This document shows positions 1 to 9,882 of a DNA stretch of 64,000 bases, one piece after another. The stretch covers positions 736,001 through 800,000 of the forward strand of contig CBDDTI010000747.1 in the NCBI GenBank assembly GCA_965233585.1. Direction: 5' to 3'. A model generated the notes under the pieces. The model ran no database searches. It was not told the origin of the DNA and worked only from the letters and a program-made list of their open reading frames with translations. Source of the stretch: a bacterium. GTDB lineage: Bacteria; SAR324; NAC60-12. Position numbers and translations under genes: made by a program. The stretch's first letter is position 1. Every line of letters starts with the position of its first letter.

Positions 1-704
1 GTTTGACCACAAAGATTATGCACCCGAGAGTCTCCTGCACGAATGACTTCCCCTTGATCGTAGTCTTTTGTTGTGCCAACCAAAATAATGTCATGCGATG
101 TCTGTTGAAGCAGATGTTTGACCAGTTTGGCGAAGTGCATCCATTCTTTTGCTGGTCCATACAATGCCCCTGCTGCAATCATTAAAAATGACTTTGGCAG
201 TGAATATGAAAGGGATTGAAGTTGTTGCTGAATCCACTCGGGAGTGATTGACAGACAAGGTTTCAGTTCAGAACGTTTCATTTTTTTGCCAAGAAGGCAA
301 GCATATTCTTCTACTAAATGACGGGTTCTTGGTTGCCAAGGTAAAGTCACTGCAGGCGACAAAAGCCAGCGACGCCCCTGCTCTTTTAGACCAAAACGTT
401 CTGGAATACCTGCACAGAATGCCATCAAAGCAGATGAAAAACTAGGCGGTAAAATGTAAATTCGGTCGTATTTTTTGGAACGCAAAGACCAGCCAAAACG
501 TCCTGCTGAAGTTGCCTGACTTGAAAAAGTTAGAATGTCTCCTCGTTTGGGAAGAGGAAGCCCCTCAAAACCCTGACGCACTATCAAATCTACTTGCGCA
601 TGCGGAAATTCTTTTAAGACAAGTTGAATGAATGCCGTCGCCATCATCAAATCACCAAGCCAATTAGGGGTGCGAATCAGGATTTTATCAGGTTGGGACT
701 GCAT
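1..704 (-). CDS. waaF: LPS heptosyltransferase II-like glycosyltransferase (GT9); 5' part only, runs off the window start
   Basis: Not in the ORF track. Manual translation from ATG 704 gives MQSQPDKILIRTPNWLGDLMMATAF and later IAAGALYGPAKEW, both typical WaaF/GT9 motifs. Confidence 0.8.
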   Translation of the reverse strand, partial: MQSQPDKILIRTPNWLGDLMMATAFIQLVLKEFPHAQVDLIVRQGFEGLPLPKRGDILTFSSQATSAGRFGWSLRSKKYDRIYILPPSFSSALMAFCAGIPERFGLKEQGRRWLLSPAVTLPWQPRTRHLVEEYACLLGKKMKRSELKPCLSITPEWIQQQLQSLSYSLPKSFLMIAAGALYGPAKEWMHFAKLVKHLLQQTSHDIILVGTTKDYDQGEVIRAGDSRVHNLCGQ

Positions 705-802
705 TGTGACTGAATCCTTTTTGACATGGCAACCTAGCTATTCTTTTTAAAAAAATTTGATGCCTCATGCCTGAAAAAAGCTAGCATAATCCTTTGGCTA
801 GC

Positions 803-2293
803 TTACTCATCTGCCCAGATTTGCGAGCATTTGATGGCTTTTTTCCAACCTGCCAGACTTTGTTGCCTTTGGTCTTGTGTGTAAGTGGGGACAAACTTCC
901 GATCAATGTCTGTATTGCTCATCAATTCATCAGTGTTTTTCCAATATCCAACAGCTAGCCCCGCCAAATAAGCAGCACCCAGTGCTGTTTGTTCTGTCAA
1001 CTTTGGACGAAGCACCTCCACATTTAAAATATCAGCTTGAAATTGCATCAGAAAGTTATTGGCAACCGCACCGCCATCAACTTTTAGCGAATCAAGTGAA
1101 ATTCCAGAATCTCTTTGCATAGACTCTAAAATGTCAAAGTTTTGATAAGCAATGCTTTCCAAAGTGGCACGAATCAGGTGTTTGAAGTTGGTATCACGGT
1201 TTAAACCAACAATCATGCCTCTTGCATGAGGATTCCAATAAGGCGCACCCAGACCCGTGAAGGCAGGCACGACATAAGTGCCATGAGAAGACTCCACTTG
1301 AGTTGCAAAATATTCAGAATCCTTTGCAGAATCAAGCCATTTGATTTCATCACGCAACCACTGAATCGCGGCACCTCCAATGAAAACAGAACCTTCCAAA
1401 GCATAGGCAGGGTCTCCCTTAGCTCCACAAGCAAGGGTTGTTAATAAACCACCATGAGAAGTGATTTTGTCTTGACCTGTGTTCATCAAAAGAAAACAAC
1501 CTGTGCCGTAAGTGTTTTTTGCTTGCCCTTTTTGTGTGCAAAGATGCCCAAACAATGCCGCTTGTTGGTCGCCTGCAATGCCTGCAATGGGAACTTTAAC
1601 CCCGCTTTCATCTATTGCAACTTGGCAATATTCTGTGGAAGATGCTTTGACCTCTGGCATCATGGAAAGTGGAATGTCTAAGGCGTCAAGTAGTTTTTCG
1701 TCCCACTCTAAGGTGTTGATATTAAACAACATGGTTCTTGAGGCGTTGGTGTAATCCATGACGTGCGTTTGCCTGTCAGACAAATTCCAAATGAGCCAGC
1801 TGTCTACTGTGCCAAAAAGCAAATCATCAATGTTCAGGTTTGGAGTATGGTCTAAAATCCACCTGATTTTTGTGCCAGAAAAATAAGGGTCAATCACTAA
1901 GCCTGTCTGTTCTTTGACGTATTTTTCCAGCCCTGCTTGTTTCAGTTTTTGACAAATAGGGGCAGTTCTACGGCACTGCCAAACAATAGCATGATAAACA
2001 GGCTTTCCAGTGTTCTTGTTCCAAACGATGGTCGTTTCACGTTGATTCGTGATGCCAATGGCGGCAATTTGACTGGCTTGCAAATTTGCTTTTTGCAGTG
2101 CATCTTCCAAAGTCGCTTTTTGAGAAGCATAGATTTCCAGCGGGTCATGTTCTACCCAGCCCTCTTGGGGATAAAATTGTGTTAATTCCTTTTGGGAGAA
2201 GCTCACAACTTGAGAAGCATGGTCAAAAATGATGGCTCTGGAACTTGTCGTCCCTTGATCAAGTGCAAGAATGTATTGGGATTGATTTGTCAT
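803..2293 (-). CDS. glpK: Glycerol kinase
   Basis: [30 protein letters not shown] and KNTYGTGCF motifs; ATG at 2293 preferred over the track start at 2302. Confidence 0.97.
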   Translation of the reverse strand: MTNQSQYILALDQGTTSSRAIIFDHASQVVSFSQKELTQFYPQEGWVEHDPLEIYASQKATLEDALQKANLQASQIAAIGITNQRETTIVWNKNTGKPVYHAIVWQCRRTAPICQKLKQAGLEKYVKEQTGLVIDPYFSGTKIRWILDHTPNLNIDDLLFGTVDSWLIWNLSDRQTHVMDYTNASRTMLFNINTLEWDEKLLDALDIPLSMMPEVKASSTEYCQVAIDESGVKVPIAGIAGDQQAALFGHLCTQKGQAKNTYGTGCFLLMNTGQDKITSHGGLLTTLACGAKGDPAYALEGSVFIGGAAIQWLRDEIKWLDSAKDSEYFATQVESSHGTYVVPAFTGLGAPYWNPHARGMIVGLNRDTNFKHLIRATLESIAYQNFDILESMQRDSGISLDSLKVDGGAVANNFLMQFQADILNVEVLRPKLTEQTALGAAYLAGLAVGYWKNTDELMSNTDIDRKFVPTYTQDQRQQSLAGWKKAIKCSQIWADE

Positions 2294-2635
2294 ATATTTC
2301 AAAAACTAAAGAAGTGATTTCAAAAAATAAATGATCTGCAAGAATAAAAACAACTAAATCCATGTCAATTTTGAAAGCAACAGGTGACCAGTTGCAACCA
2401 AACTATCAAGACAGGGTACTCTTTTGAAAATTGAAACAATAAAGCATACCAGTCATGGTTGACCTTGACCAGCAATCTCTCTTGTTCTGCTTTCACTCCT
2501 TGAAAGAGATGCTTGCGTCAGTCAGTTGAGTGTTGAATTTGATTTTTTATTGCTATTTTTGAGCTTTATAAGTAACATAAGTCGTTTTTTCTCTGCAAAC
2601 AATTTATCTCATCATTCTTTCAAAAAGAGGTTCTT

Positions 2636-4117
2636 ATGACATTCAAAAAAGTATTTGTCGTCGTGTGTGTTCCATTGCTTTTGGCAGCTTGTAATCCTTC
2701 CAAAGATTCAGAAGAGGCAAAAGAAAAGCTGGCAAGTGTCAGTTGCAAGATTCAAAGTTCCACAACACAAGTGAACAAAGGGAGTCAAATCACTGCAAAC
2801 CTGAATTGTGATTTGAAAGATGTCGCTGAAGATTTGAGTTTGAGCTTGAAGTATGACCCTAGCCTCATCAATCTCTCTGCTTCAGGACAGACTCAAAGCC
2901 AAGCAGGTTCTCTCACAATCGCATTGCCAAAAAATGACGCTTTCCAAAGTACTTTGAACATTCGTGGTCTGAAGGCAGGCAAGGGCAAAGTAGATCTCAA
3001 TGTAGGAGACATCAGCCAAAAATGGAGCTTTGAAGTGGTGTTACCTACAATAGATTTTAGCAAGATTACAAACAGAGTGCCTTTTCATACAAGTCATAGC
3101 ATCAAATCAGACGGGAGTCTTTGGGCTTGGGGACGGAATAATAAGGGACAGCTTGGTGATGGCACTACGACCGACAGACTTTCTCCTACCAAAATTGGAT
3201 CTGACCAATGGAAGTTTGTCTTTGGAGGATTAAATGGATCCACATTAGCGATACAAGTTGATGACACACTTTGGGCTTGGGGACAGAATAATTTTGGACA
3301 GCTTGGCGACGGCACCAAGACTAACAGACCTTCTCCTATCAAAATTGGCTCTGACCTATGGAAAATCGTCTCTTCAGGAATAAATCACTCTTTGGGCTTG
3401 AAACCAGATGGGAGTCTTTGGGCTTGGGGTGATAATAGTAAGGGACAGCTTGGAGATGGTACCACGACCGGCAGACTTTCTCCTGTCAAAATTGGTTCTG
3501 ACCAATGGAAAATCGTATCTACTGGAGATCGCTATACACTAGCGATACAAGCAGACGGAAGTCTTTGGGCTTGGGGACGGAATCATATGGGACAGCTTGG
3601 TGATGGCACCACGACCGAAAGACTTTCTCCTGTCAAAATTGGTTCTGATACTGATTGGGATTCAGTGTATGGTGGAGCTATGTCATTTACATTAGCATTA
3701 AAATCAGACGGGAGTCTTTGGGCTTGGGGACGGAATCATGTGGGACAGCTTGGTGATGGCACCAAGACCGATAGGCTTTCTCCGGTCAAAATTGGTTCTG
3801 ACCAATGGAAAATGGTCTCTACTGGAGGAAATAGTCTGGACGGTGTTAGGCATTCTCTAGGGATCAAAAAAGATGGGACATTGTGGGCTTGGGGAGAGAA
3901 TGATTATGGGCAGCTTGGTGATGGCACCACGACCGATAGGCTTTCTCCTGTGAAGATTGGTTCTGATACTGATTGGGACTTGGTGTATGGTGGAGGAGGA
4001 CACAGTATTGGAGTCAAGACAAATGGAGAAATCTACTCTTGGGGTGATAATTTTTTTGGACAGCTTGGCGATGGCACCAAGACTAGTAGAAATGCCCCTG
4101 CGAAGATTAGTTTTTAG
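2636..4117 (+). CDS. Lipoprotein with an Ig/cohesin-like N-domain and a 7-blade RCC1/BLIP-II beta-propeller
   Basis: Lipobox LLLAA-C; seven DGSLWAWGxNxxGQLGDG-type repeats; RBS AAGAGG upstream. Confidence 0.88.
   Translation: MTFKKVFVVVCVPLLLAACNPSKDSEEAKEKLASVSCKIQSSTTQVNKGSQITANLNCDLKDVAEDLSLSLKYDPSLINLSASGQTQSQAGSLTIALPKNDAFQSTLNIRGLKAGKGKVDLNVGDISQKWSFEVVLPTIDFSKITNRVPFHTSHSIKSDGSLWAWGRNNKGQLGDGTTTDRLSPTKIGSDQWKFVFGGLNGSTLAIQVDDTLWAWGQNNFGQLGDGTKTNRPSPIKIGSDLWKIVSSGINHSLGLKPDGSLWAWGDNSKGQLGDGTTTGRLSPVKIGSDQWKIVSTGDRYTLAIQADGSLWAWGRNHMGQLGDGTTTERLSPVKIGSDTDWDSVYGGAMSFTLALKSDGSLWAWGRNHVGQLGDGTKTDRLSPVKIGSDQWKMVSTGGNSLDGVRHSLGIKKDGTLWAWGENDYGQLGDGTTTDRLSPVKIGSDTDWDLVYGGGGHSIGVKTNGEIYSWGDNFFGQLGDGTKTSRNAPAKISF
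3101..4110 (+). repeat. Intragenic RCC1-type repeats (7 units of about 150 bp), highly similar at DNA level
   Basis: Recurrent TGGGCTTGGGG...GGACAGCTTGGTGATGGCAC...CTTTCTCCTGTCAAAATTGG. Confidence 0.92.
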
Positions 4118-4148
4118 AACGAAACAAGCCTTGTGCATTTTTTCAAAT

Positions 4149-5900
4149 TTACACATCAAACGAATGAATCAAAAGTTCATGACGGTAGTGGTCAAAAAGT
4201 GTAGATTTGGAAAGCATGCCAAGGAATTTAGAATTTTCTACAACGGGTAACGCCCACTCTTTAGAGGTTTCAAAAATCTGGATGGCTTGGGGAACAGGAG
4301 CAGACGGGTCAATGGTAGGCAATTCCCTTGCTACTGCGCCCATGTTGACCAGCTGATAAAGCTCACGATGGAAAAGATAGGGGCGAATGTCATCTAAAAA
4401 CACCACCCCCACACAACGTTGGTCTTCATCAAGCGTTGGGAAGAGATTGCGATGAGCATTCTTAAAGACTTCCAAAAACTCTTCAAGCAACATAGAATCA
4501 CGAACCACCAAGCAATCTTTGTCCAAAATGTCTCTGATGTTCAACTGATGCAAGACGTAGGCATCACTGCCCGGTCGTGCCAGCTTGCCACGTTCTATCA
4601 ACTCACGTGTATAAACAGACCCCACCTCTAAGGCGTAATTGACCAACATGGCACTGCTAGAAGTCAACATTAAAGGCAAAATCAACGAATATCCACGTGT
4701 AATTTCCATAATCAAAAAGATGCCTGTCAAAGGTCCGTGCATGACGCCACTTAGCATGCCCGTCATACCTGTCAAAGCAAACGCAGAAGGTGCGGCAAAC
4801 TCACCAAAAGGTAGGTAATGCAGTGCTAAGCCAAACGCCATACCTAAAGAACTCCCTAAAATCAAGCTGGGTGCAAAGACTCCACCGACTCCGCCTGTTC
4901 CTAATGTCAAGCAACAAGCCAGAACTTTGAGAGCTAAGAAAATCAACACAAAGGATAAATCAGGTAAATGCTCACCAGTTAAAAAAGATTGTGTTGTAGA
5001 GTAGCTTTCTGCCAAGATTTCAGGTTGAAAGTATCCGATGATGCCCACGCCCAATCCTCCCAAACCTGCCTTGAGCCAAAAAGGGACTTTCCACTTGCCA
5101 AAGTAGGATTCACTCCATGTCAACAACCACTTGAACCAAACAGATGCCAAACCTGTCAAAATTCCAAGAGCAATACATGCCAACAAACTTGTCAAAGAAA
5201 ACCCCATCAATTCTTGTTGAAACACGAGTTTATCACCTAACAAGAGTCGGCTGATTTGAGTCGCTGTGACGGCAGCAACGATGATGGGTAGGATTGTCAT
5301 CATAGACCATTCTTGCAACACAATTTCCAAAGTGAAGACAATCCCAGTTAAAGGTGCATTGAAGATTCCAGCCACTGCAGCCGCAGAACCATAGCCTATC
5401 AACAGCTTTTTACGGCGTTCGCTTAAATGCAAATATTTACCGATGGCTGCACCCCATGCACCACCAATGCAAACGATTGGACCTTCCAAACCTGCAGAAC
5501 CCCCTGAACCCACCGTCAGCAAACTCCCTATGAACCTTGAACGCACCATGCCTTTTGCTATTTTTCCCTCACCAAGCGTGACACTTTGAATCACTTCAGG
5601 CACTCCATGACCCCCTTGGTCGTTAATCCACCTCACAAATAACACCGCAAGAATGGCACCCATTGCAGGAAAAAAGACCGTCCAAACCGACTGTCCATAA
5701 CTTCCTAAAAAGTTTTGAATCCAGTGTACAGAACCATTTAGAACGACAGCCAGCACTCCACACCCCACCCCAACAATAGCGGCACACAGCATCATAAATG
5801 CGGCATCTTTGGCAGGAACATTGCGAAAACGGACAAGACGGTCTGTCTTGGCATCAAATTCAGAAAGACTTGAAATTAATTTGGAGACTAATTTTTTCAC
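4149..5900 (-). CDS. ClC-family chloride channel/H+ antiporter with C-terminal CBS domains
   Basis: GHGVPE, GSAGLEGP, FNAPLTG and GGVFAP motifs; CBS-like tail. Confidence 0.92.
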   Translation of the reverse strand: MKKLVSKLISSLSEFDAKTDRLVRFRNVPAKDAAFMMLCAAIVGVGCGVLAVVLNGSVHWIQNFLGSYGQSVWTVFFPAMGAILAVLFVRWINDQGGHGVPEVIQSVTLGEGKIAKGMVRSRFIGSLLTVGSGGSAGLEGPIVCIGGAWGAAIGKYLHLSERRKKLLIGYGSAAAVAGIFNAPLTGIVFTLEIVLQEWSMMTILPIIVAAVTATQISRLLLGDKLVFQQELMGFSLTSLLACIALGILTGLASVWFKWLLTWSESYFGKWKVPFWLKAGLGGLGVGIIGYFQPEILAESYSTTQSFLTGEHLPDLSFVLIFLALKVLACCLTLGTGGVGGVFAPSLILGSSLGMAFGLALHYLPFGEFAAPSAFALTGMTGMLSGVMHGPLTGIFLIMEITRGYSLILPLMLTSSSAMLVNYALEVGSVYTRELIERGKLARPGSDAYVLHQLNIRDILDKDCLVVRDSMLLEEFLEVFKNAHRNLFPTLDEDQRCVGVVFLDDIRPYLFHRELYQLVNMGAVARELPTIDPSAPVPQAIQIFETSKEWALPVVENSKFLGMLSKSTLFDHYRHELLIHSFDV

Positions 5901-5903
5901 GGC

Positions 5904-6785
5904 TTACTGAAAATGAAGGGTCAACCTGTCATTTTGCCAAAACGTTTGAGACACTTGAGGAATTTGAGAAGTGTTGGCAAAAGGTAAAGGAATTTGAAGT
6001 TTATCCAAAGGAGAATCTTTGGAATCCACATTTTGGAAAAAAAGCAACAACTGGTCTTCTTCATTTTTCAAGAGAGGCGTCAGAGCCAGTGCTTGACTTT
6101 GTTTTTTGTTTTGAATGATGAGACCTGCTTTTCCCGACTGTTCGTTAGGTGAAATGTCTAGCCTCCAATCAGGATTCCATTTTTGCAAGATCAAATTAAG
6201 TGAATCTTCGTGGATTGAAAAAATGGTTTGTTGTTGAGTTTGAGACTCCCATTTGTCATCATTCAAGCGAATCTGTACCAATTTTTTTTGAAAAGAGACA
6301 TCAAACTTGTTCACTGTCCAGCCATATTCATTTTTTATTTTTTCTTGGTCGTCCCAAATGACTAATTGACGGAAAAATTCTTCAAAAACAGGGACAAACG
6401 TCTCTTCTAGTTCTGGTTGTTTTTCTATTTTGAGCTGTTGAAGTTTGGGATTCTGGAAGCGAAGTTGATTTTCCTTGAACACCAAAGAAAAATTTACCTT
6501 AAAATCCCCTGTAATATCCACAATCAAAAGTTTTTGTTCAGGGTCTAAAAAACGTTTAAACCAGAATTTTGCCTTCAGTTGAGCTTGTTCTTCTAAAAAC
6601 GAAACACGGGGTTCAGAAAATCCATACAAATTCACAGGGTTTTCGGATAGATTCTGCCCTTGAAATGATGAGCTAAGATGCTGTTGAGCAAAGGATTCAG
6701 TCAATGAAATGAAGAACTTGGGAGATTGTGCAAAGATGACTGATGAACTGATTAATAAAAGAAGTGTAGATTTAATTTTGAGCAT
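5904..6785 (-). CDS. Hypothetical exported protein
   Basis: 293 aa ORF with a signal peptide (..SVIFA-Q); tightly packed in the minus-strand run. Confidence 0.65.
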   Translation of the reverse strand: MLKIKSTLLLLISSSVIFAQSPKFFISLTESFAQQHLSSSFQGQNLSENPVNLYGFSEPRVSFLEEQAQLKAKFWFKRFLDPEQKLLIVDITGDFKVNFSLVFKENQLRFQNPKLQQLKIEKQPELEETFVPVFEEFFRQLVIWDDQEKIKNEYGWTVNKFDVSFQKKLVQIRLNDDKWESQTQQQTIFSIHEDSLNLILQKWNPDWRLDISPNEQSGKAGLIIQNKKQSQALALTPLLKNEEDQLLLFFQNVDSKDSPLDKLQIPLPFANTSQIPQVSQTFWQNDRLTLHFQ

Positions 6786-8430
6786 GACTTAAAAAAGGAC
6801 AAGGTGTTGTTTGAGGTGTTTTTAAGAAAAGAAAAATAGTATCACGCAAAGTCTCTGAAGTTTGAAGTTTTTTTTGTGAATCGTGAATCAAAGCAAGGGA
6901 ACGCAAGCCCCCACCTCCGTTAAAATGAAAGTTTGAAATCCAAATAGGATAAAGTTGGGAAGGCGTCAAAACAGGGTGTTCCTGATGAAAATCTGTTGGC
7001 AAGATGACAGCACTTTTTTGAACACGACGCCCCTGCTTCCATCTTTTGAATGGTTCGGACAGCTTTTGGATTTGTTGACCATAAAGGTTCATTAAAACAG
7101 GAAAGTTGTCATAAGGTAGCCACGTAAATAGGTCTCGTCTCAAGATGACTTTGCCAACTTTCAGCTTCTTCCATGCTCGCTTTGAAAAAGGAGCGAACGC
7201 AGAAAACGTATCTGATTTTTGAAACTTTTTTAAGGCATGGCGTGTCAGCATGGCACCGCATTTTTGGAAGTCTTCTAACGTTGGAATGTAGGACAACTGA
7301 AATAGCGTGTTCTCATTGACGTAGCTTTTCACACGTTGCAAGTCTTGATGAAAAGTTTGGACAAGTTTGGAGTCTCTGACTTTTGAGGCACGATGGAACT
7401 GTCGTTTGATAGACAAAACATGCCACTTGCCTTTTTGAAATTGAAACTCAATCAACGCACTAGAAACACCTTCAGCACGTTTCCCAGGTTGTAAAACAGG
7501 AGTTGGAAAGTTTAAGGACTTGTCTCTCAAGCGATAAGGAAACGTCCGATGTTCGTGTCCTGAAATTACAAGGTCATATCCAAGCATCGCCACATGATTT
7601 GCCAAATTTGGTGGAAACAGACCCCTGATTAAAGCATGTTTTCTGTCATAAAACTCTCCTAATCCGCTGTGTAACAAAGCGATAGTGAAGTCAACTTTTT
7701 CCTGATACTTTAAAACCTGCAACCAATCTTTTGCTGATTTGACGGTCTCTTCAAATCTTAAACCTTCTAAATGGTCTGCATTGTGCCACAATTTGATTGC
7801 TGGATTGGTTAATCCCACAATGCCAATACGAATCTTGTTTTTGATGACAATGTGGTAGGGAGGTAAAACTTGCTTGCCTTTGGAGGTTAGGTTAGAGGCA
7901 AGCCACACGAAATGCGATTGATTGATGGCTTTGGCTGTTTGCGATGGCTTGATTTCCAAATCGTGATTCCCCAAAACAACGGCATCATATTTCAGTTGAT
8001 TCATCAGTTTCACAGTCAAAGATTGCTTCCAATTTCTCAAACCAAATCCGAATAAGAAAGCAGAAGGACTGCCCTGCAAAGTATCACCTGCATCAAGCAG
8101 GATAGAATTTGAAAATTGCTTGCGAAGATTTTGCAAGGTTTCAGAAAGATACAACAACCCCCGTTTTTTCTTGGCATGAACATCGTAAATAGTATTGTCT
8201 ATTTCTCCATGCAAATCAGCTGTTGCTAAAATTAACAACGTTTGTCTTTGATTCTCAGCAATCTGAAAACGTTTTGAACTTAGATTTTTAGAAAATTTTT
8301 GATTTTTAATAGATTTTTGATTCAAAAAATCAGCAAAACTATCTGCCAAAATAAGACTACTATTGAAAAAAGTCAAACTGAAGAAAATCAAGATGTATGA
8401 ATGGATTTGTAATTTTGAAATAAATCCCAT
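6772..8430 (-). CDS. Periplasmic metallophosphoesterase/5'-nucleotidase (CpdB/UshA family)
   Basis: ATADLHG, DAGDTLQGS, LGNHD and SGHEH metallophosphoesterase motifs; signal peptide. Confidence 0.88.
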   Translation of the reverse strand: MGFISKLQIHSYILIFFSLTFFNSSLILADSFADFLNQKSIKNQKFSKNLSSKRFQIAENQRQTLLILATADLHGEIDNTIYDVHAKKKRGLLYLSETLQNLRKQFSNSILLDAGDTLQGSPSAFLFGFGLRNWKQSLTVKLMNQLKYDAVVLGNHDLEIKPSQTAKAINQSHFVWLASNLTSKGKQVLPPYHIVIKNKIRIGIVGLTNPAIKLWHNADHLEGLRFEETVKSAKDWLQVLKYQEKVDFTIALLHSGLGEFYDRKHALIRGLFPPNLANHVAMLGYDLVISGHEHRTFPYRLRDKSLNFPTPVLQPGKRAEGVSSALIEFQFQKGKWHVLSIKRQFHRASKVRDSKLVQTFHQDLQRVKSYVNENTLFQLSYIPTLEDFQKCGAMLTRHALKKFQKSDTFSAFAPFSKRAWKKLKVGKVILRRDLFTWLPYDNFPVLMNLYGQQIQKLSEPFKRWKQGRRVQKSAVILPTDFHQEHPVLTPSQLYPIWISNFHFNGGGGLRSLALIHDSQKKLQTSETLRDTIFLFLKTPQTTPCPFLSHAQN

Positions 8431-9179
8431 AACTCTATTGAAGAAAATGTTTCAACTCTTCTTTTGAAGTCATACTTTTTTGCCAATTCTTCTATAATTG
8501 GGGGCGGGATTGATGCAAATTTAAAGCTATTGAAAAGTGTTTTTCTACGATACTCAAACAATGTTTTAACCCAAGTCGCAAATTCTTTTTCTACTAAAGG
8601 ATTTTGAAGATAAGGCTTTGGAACTAAATTGATTAAAGCAGAATCTACACGAGGAGGTGGCAGGAAGGCAGTCGGGGGAACTTCTGACGCATATCTTCTC
8701 ACAAAGCCAAAGTCTGCAATCACTGACAATGCACCGTAATTTTTACCCTCTTGCACAGTAGCACAAACACGCTTTGCCCATTCTTTTTGAACCATTAAAG
8801 TTACAGATTGAAACAAATGACGCATCTCAAACAACCTAAAAAACAGGGGGCTGGAAATTTGATAGGGTAGGTTTGCAACAATTTTATAAGGTGCTTCAAA
8901 CAAACGTTCCCATTGTTCTTCTTGCAAATCTAAGACATCAGATTCTATCAGTCTCCAATGTTGATGCTTATCATATTTTTGATGCAATAATTGACAAAGT
9001 TTAGGGTCAATTTCAACGCAAACCATTTGAGAGGCAACTTGAATAAGTAAAGTTGTTAAAAAACCTCTGCCTGAACCTATTTCTAAGACGAAATCATCAG
9101 AAGTGATTCCTGCTAGTTTTAATAGTTTTTGTGCATATTTTCCTTTGATTAAAAAATGCTGACCCCATTTTTTTGCCAT
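8388..9179 (-). CDS. rsmA: 16S rRNA dimethyladenosine transferase
   Basis: KKWGQHFL, VLEIGSGRG, VANLPYQIS, FLPPPRVDS. Confidence 0.95.
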   Translation of the reverse strand: MAKKWGQHFLIKGKYAQKLLKLAGITSDDFVLEIGSGRGFLTTLLIQVASQMVCVEIDPKLCQLLHQKYDKHQHWRLIESDVLDLQEEQWERLFEAPYKIVANLPYQISSPLFFRLFEMRHLFQSVTLMVQKEWAKRVCATVQEGKNYGALSVIADFGFVRRYASEVPPTAFLPPPRVDSALINLVPKPYLQNPLVEKEFATWVKTLFEYRRKTLFNSFKFASIPPPIIEELAKKYDFKRRVETFSSIELWDLFQNYKSIHTS

Positions 9180-9225
9180 TTTGGTTCAATAATAAATCTT
9201 TGATATTTTGAAAAAATGATATTAA

Positions 9226-9882
9226 CTAATTAGGTGAAATTTGGGGTATGGCTTCAAAAAAAATATCTTGACCGATGATTTCCATTTTTAGAATTTGAAA
9301 AGCTGGAGCATGGTTTAAGTCAGTATTTAAATTTTGGCATAAAGACAACCCTGACCCTAATAGTTTGGGTGCAATGAATCCACAAATTTTGTCAAATAGT
9401 TTGGCTTGAATGAACGAGGTATTTATGTGAGTGCCTGCCTCTACTAAAAGCGTTTTAATTTGATATTTTTCATGTAGCAACGGTAATAGCCACTCTAATT
9501 CTGGACGAATTGTAGTGCTTTGCAACACTTCCACACCTTCAGGTTTTTCAAGTTCTTCTGTCTGACAATCTGCCCCTACAACCCAGATGACTTGACGTTC
9601 ATCAGCAAAACCAAAACATTGACTATCTGGTGGAATAATGCCGTAAGAATCTAACAAAATCAGTGTTGGAGACTTGCCTTGTCCTGAACGAAAATTGAGC
9701 TTGGGATTATCCGTTGTGATTGTTCCACAACCTGTCAGTAATGCCTGATGATTGGCACGAAGCTGATGCCCTTGCTCCCTAGCTGGGTCGTCTGTGATCC
9801 ATTGAGATTGACCATTCGTTTGTGCAATAAAGCCATCAAGGGTCAATGCGATTTTAATTGTAATTTGCGGACGTTTTATCAT
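9226..9882 (-). CDS. RibD C-terminal (pyrimidine reductase) domain protein
   Basis: KIALTLDG, SQWIT, DNPKL, LLVEAG and FIAPKLLG; no deaminase domain. Confidence 0.85.
   Translation of the reverse strand: MIKRPQITIKIALTLDGFIAQTNGQSQWITDDPAREQGHQLRANHQALLTGCGTITTDNPKLNFRSGQGKSPTLILLDSYGIIPPDSQCFGFADERQVIWVVGADCQTEELEKPEGVEVLQSTTIRPELEWLLPLLHEKYQIKTLLVEAGTHINTSFIQAKLFDKICGFIAPKLLGSGLSLCQNLNTDLNHAPAFQILKMEIIGQDIFFEAIPQISPN

Noticed and set aside
3..445. Plus-strand ORFs 3-185 and 248-445, and the many short antisense or nested ORFs in the track
   Set aside because: These two are antisense to the waaF-like gene; the others shadow well-supported genes and have no motifs.
3101..4110. CRISPR array (regularly spaced repeats)
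   Set aside because: The repeats are in-frame coding units with homologous intervening sequence; no cas genes. The same applies to the ankyrin repeats.
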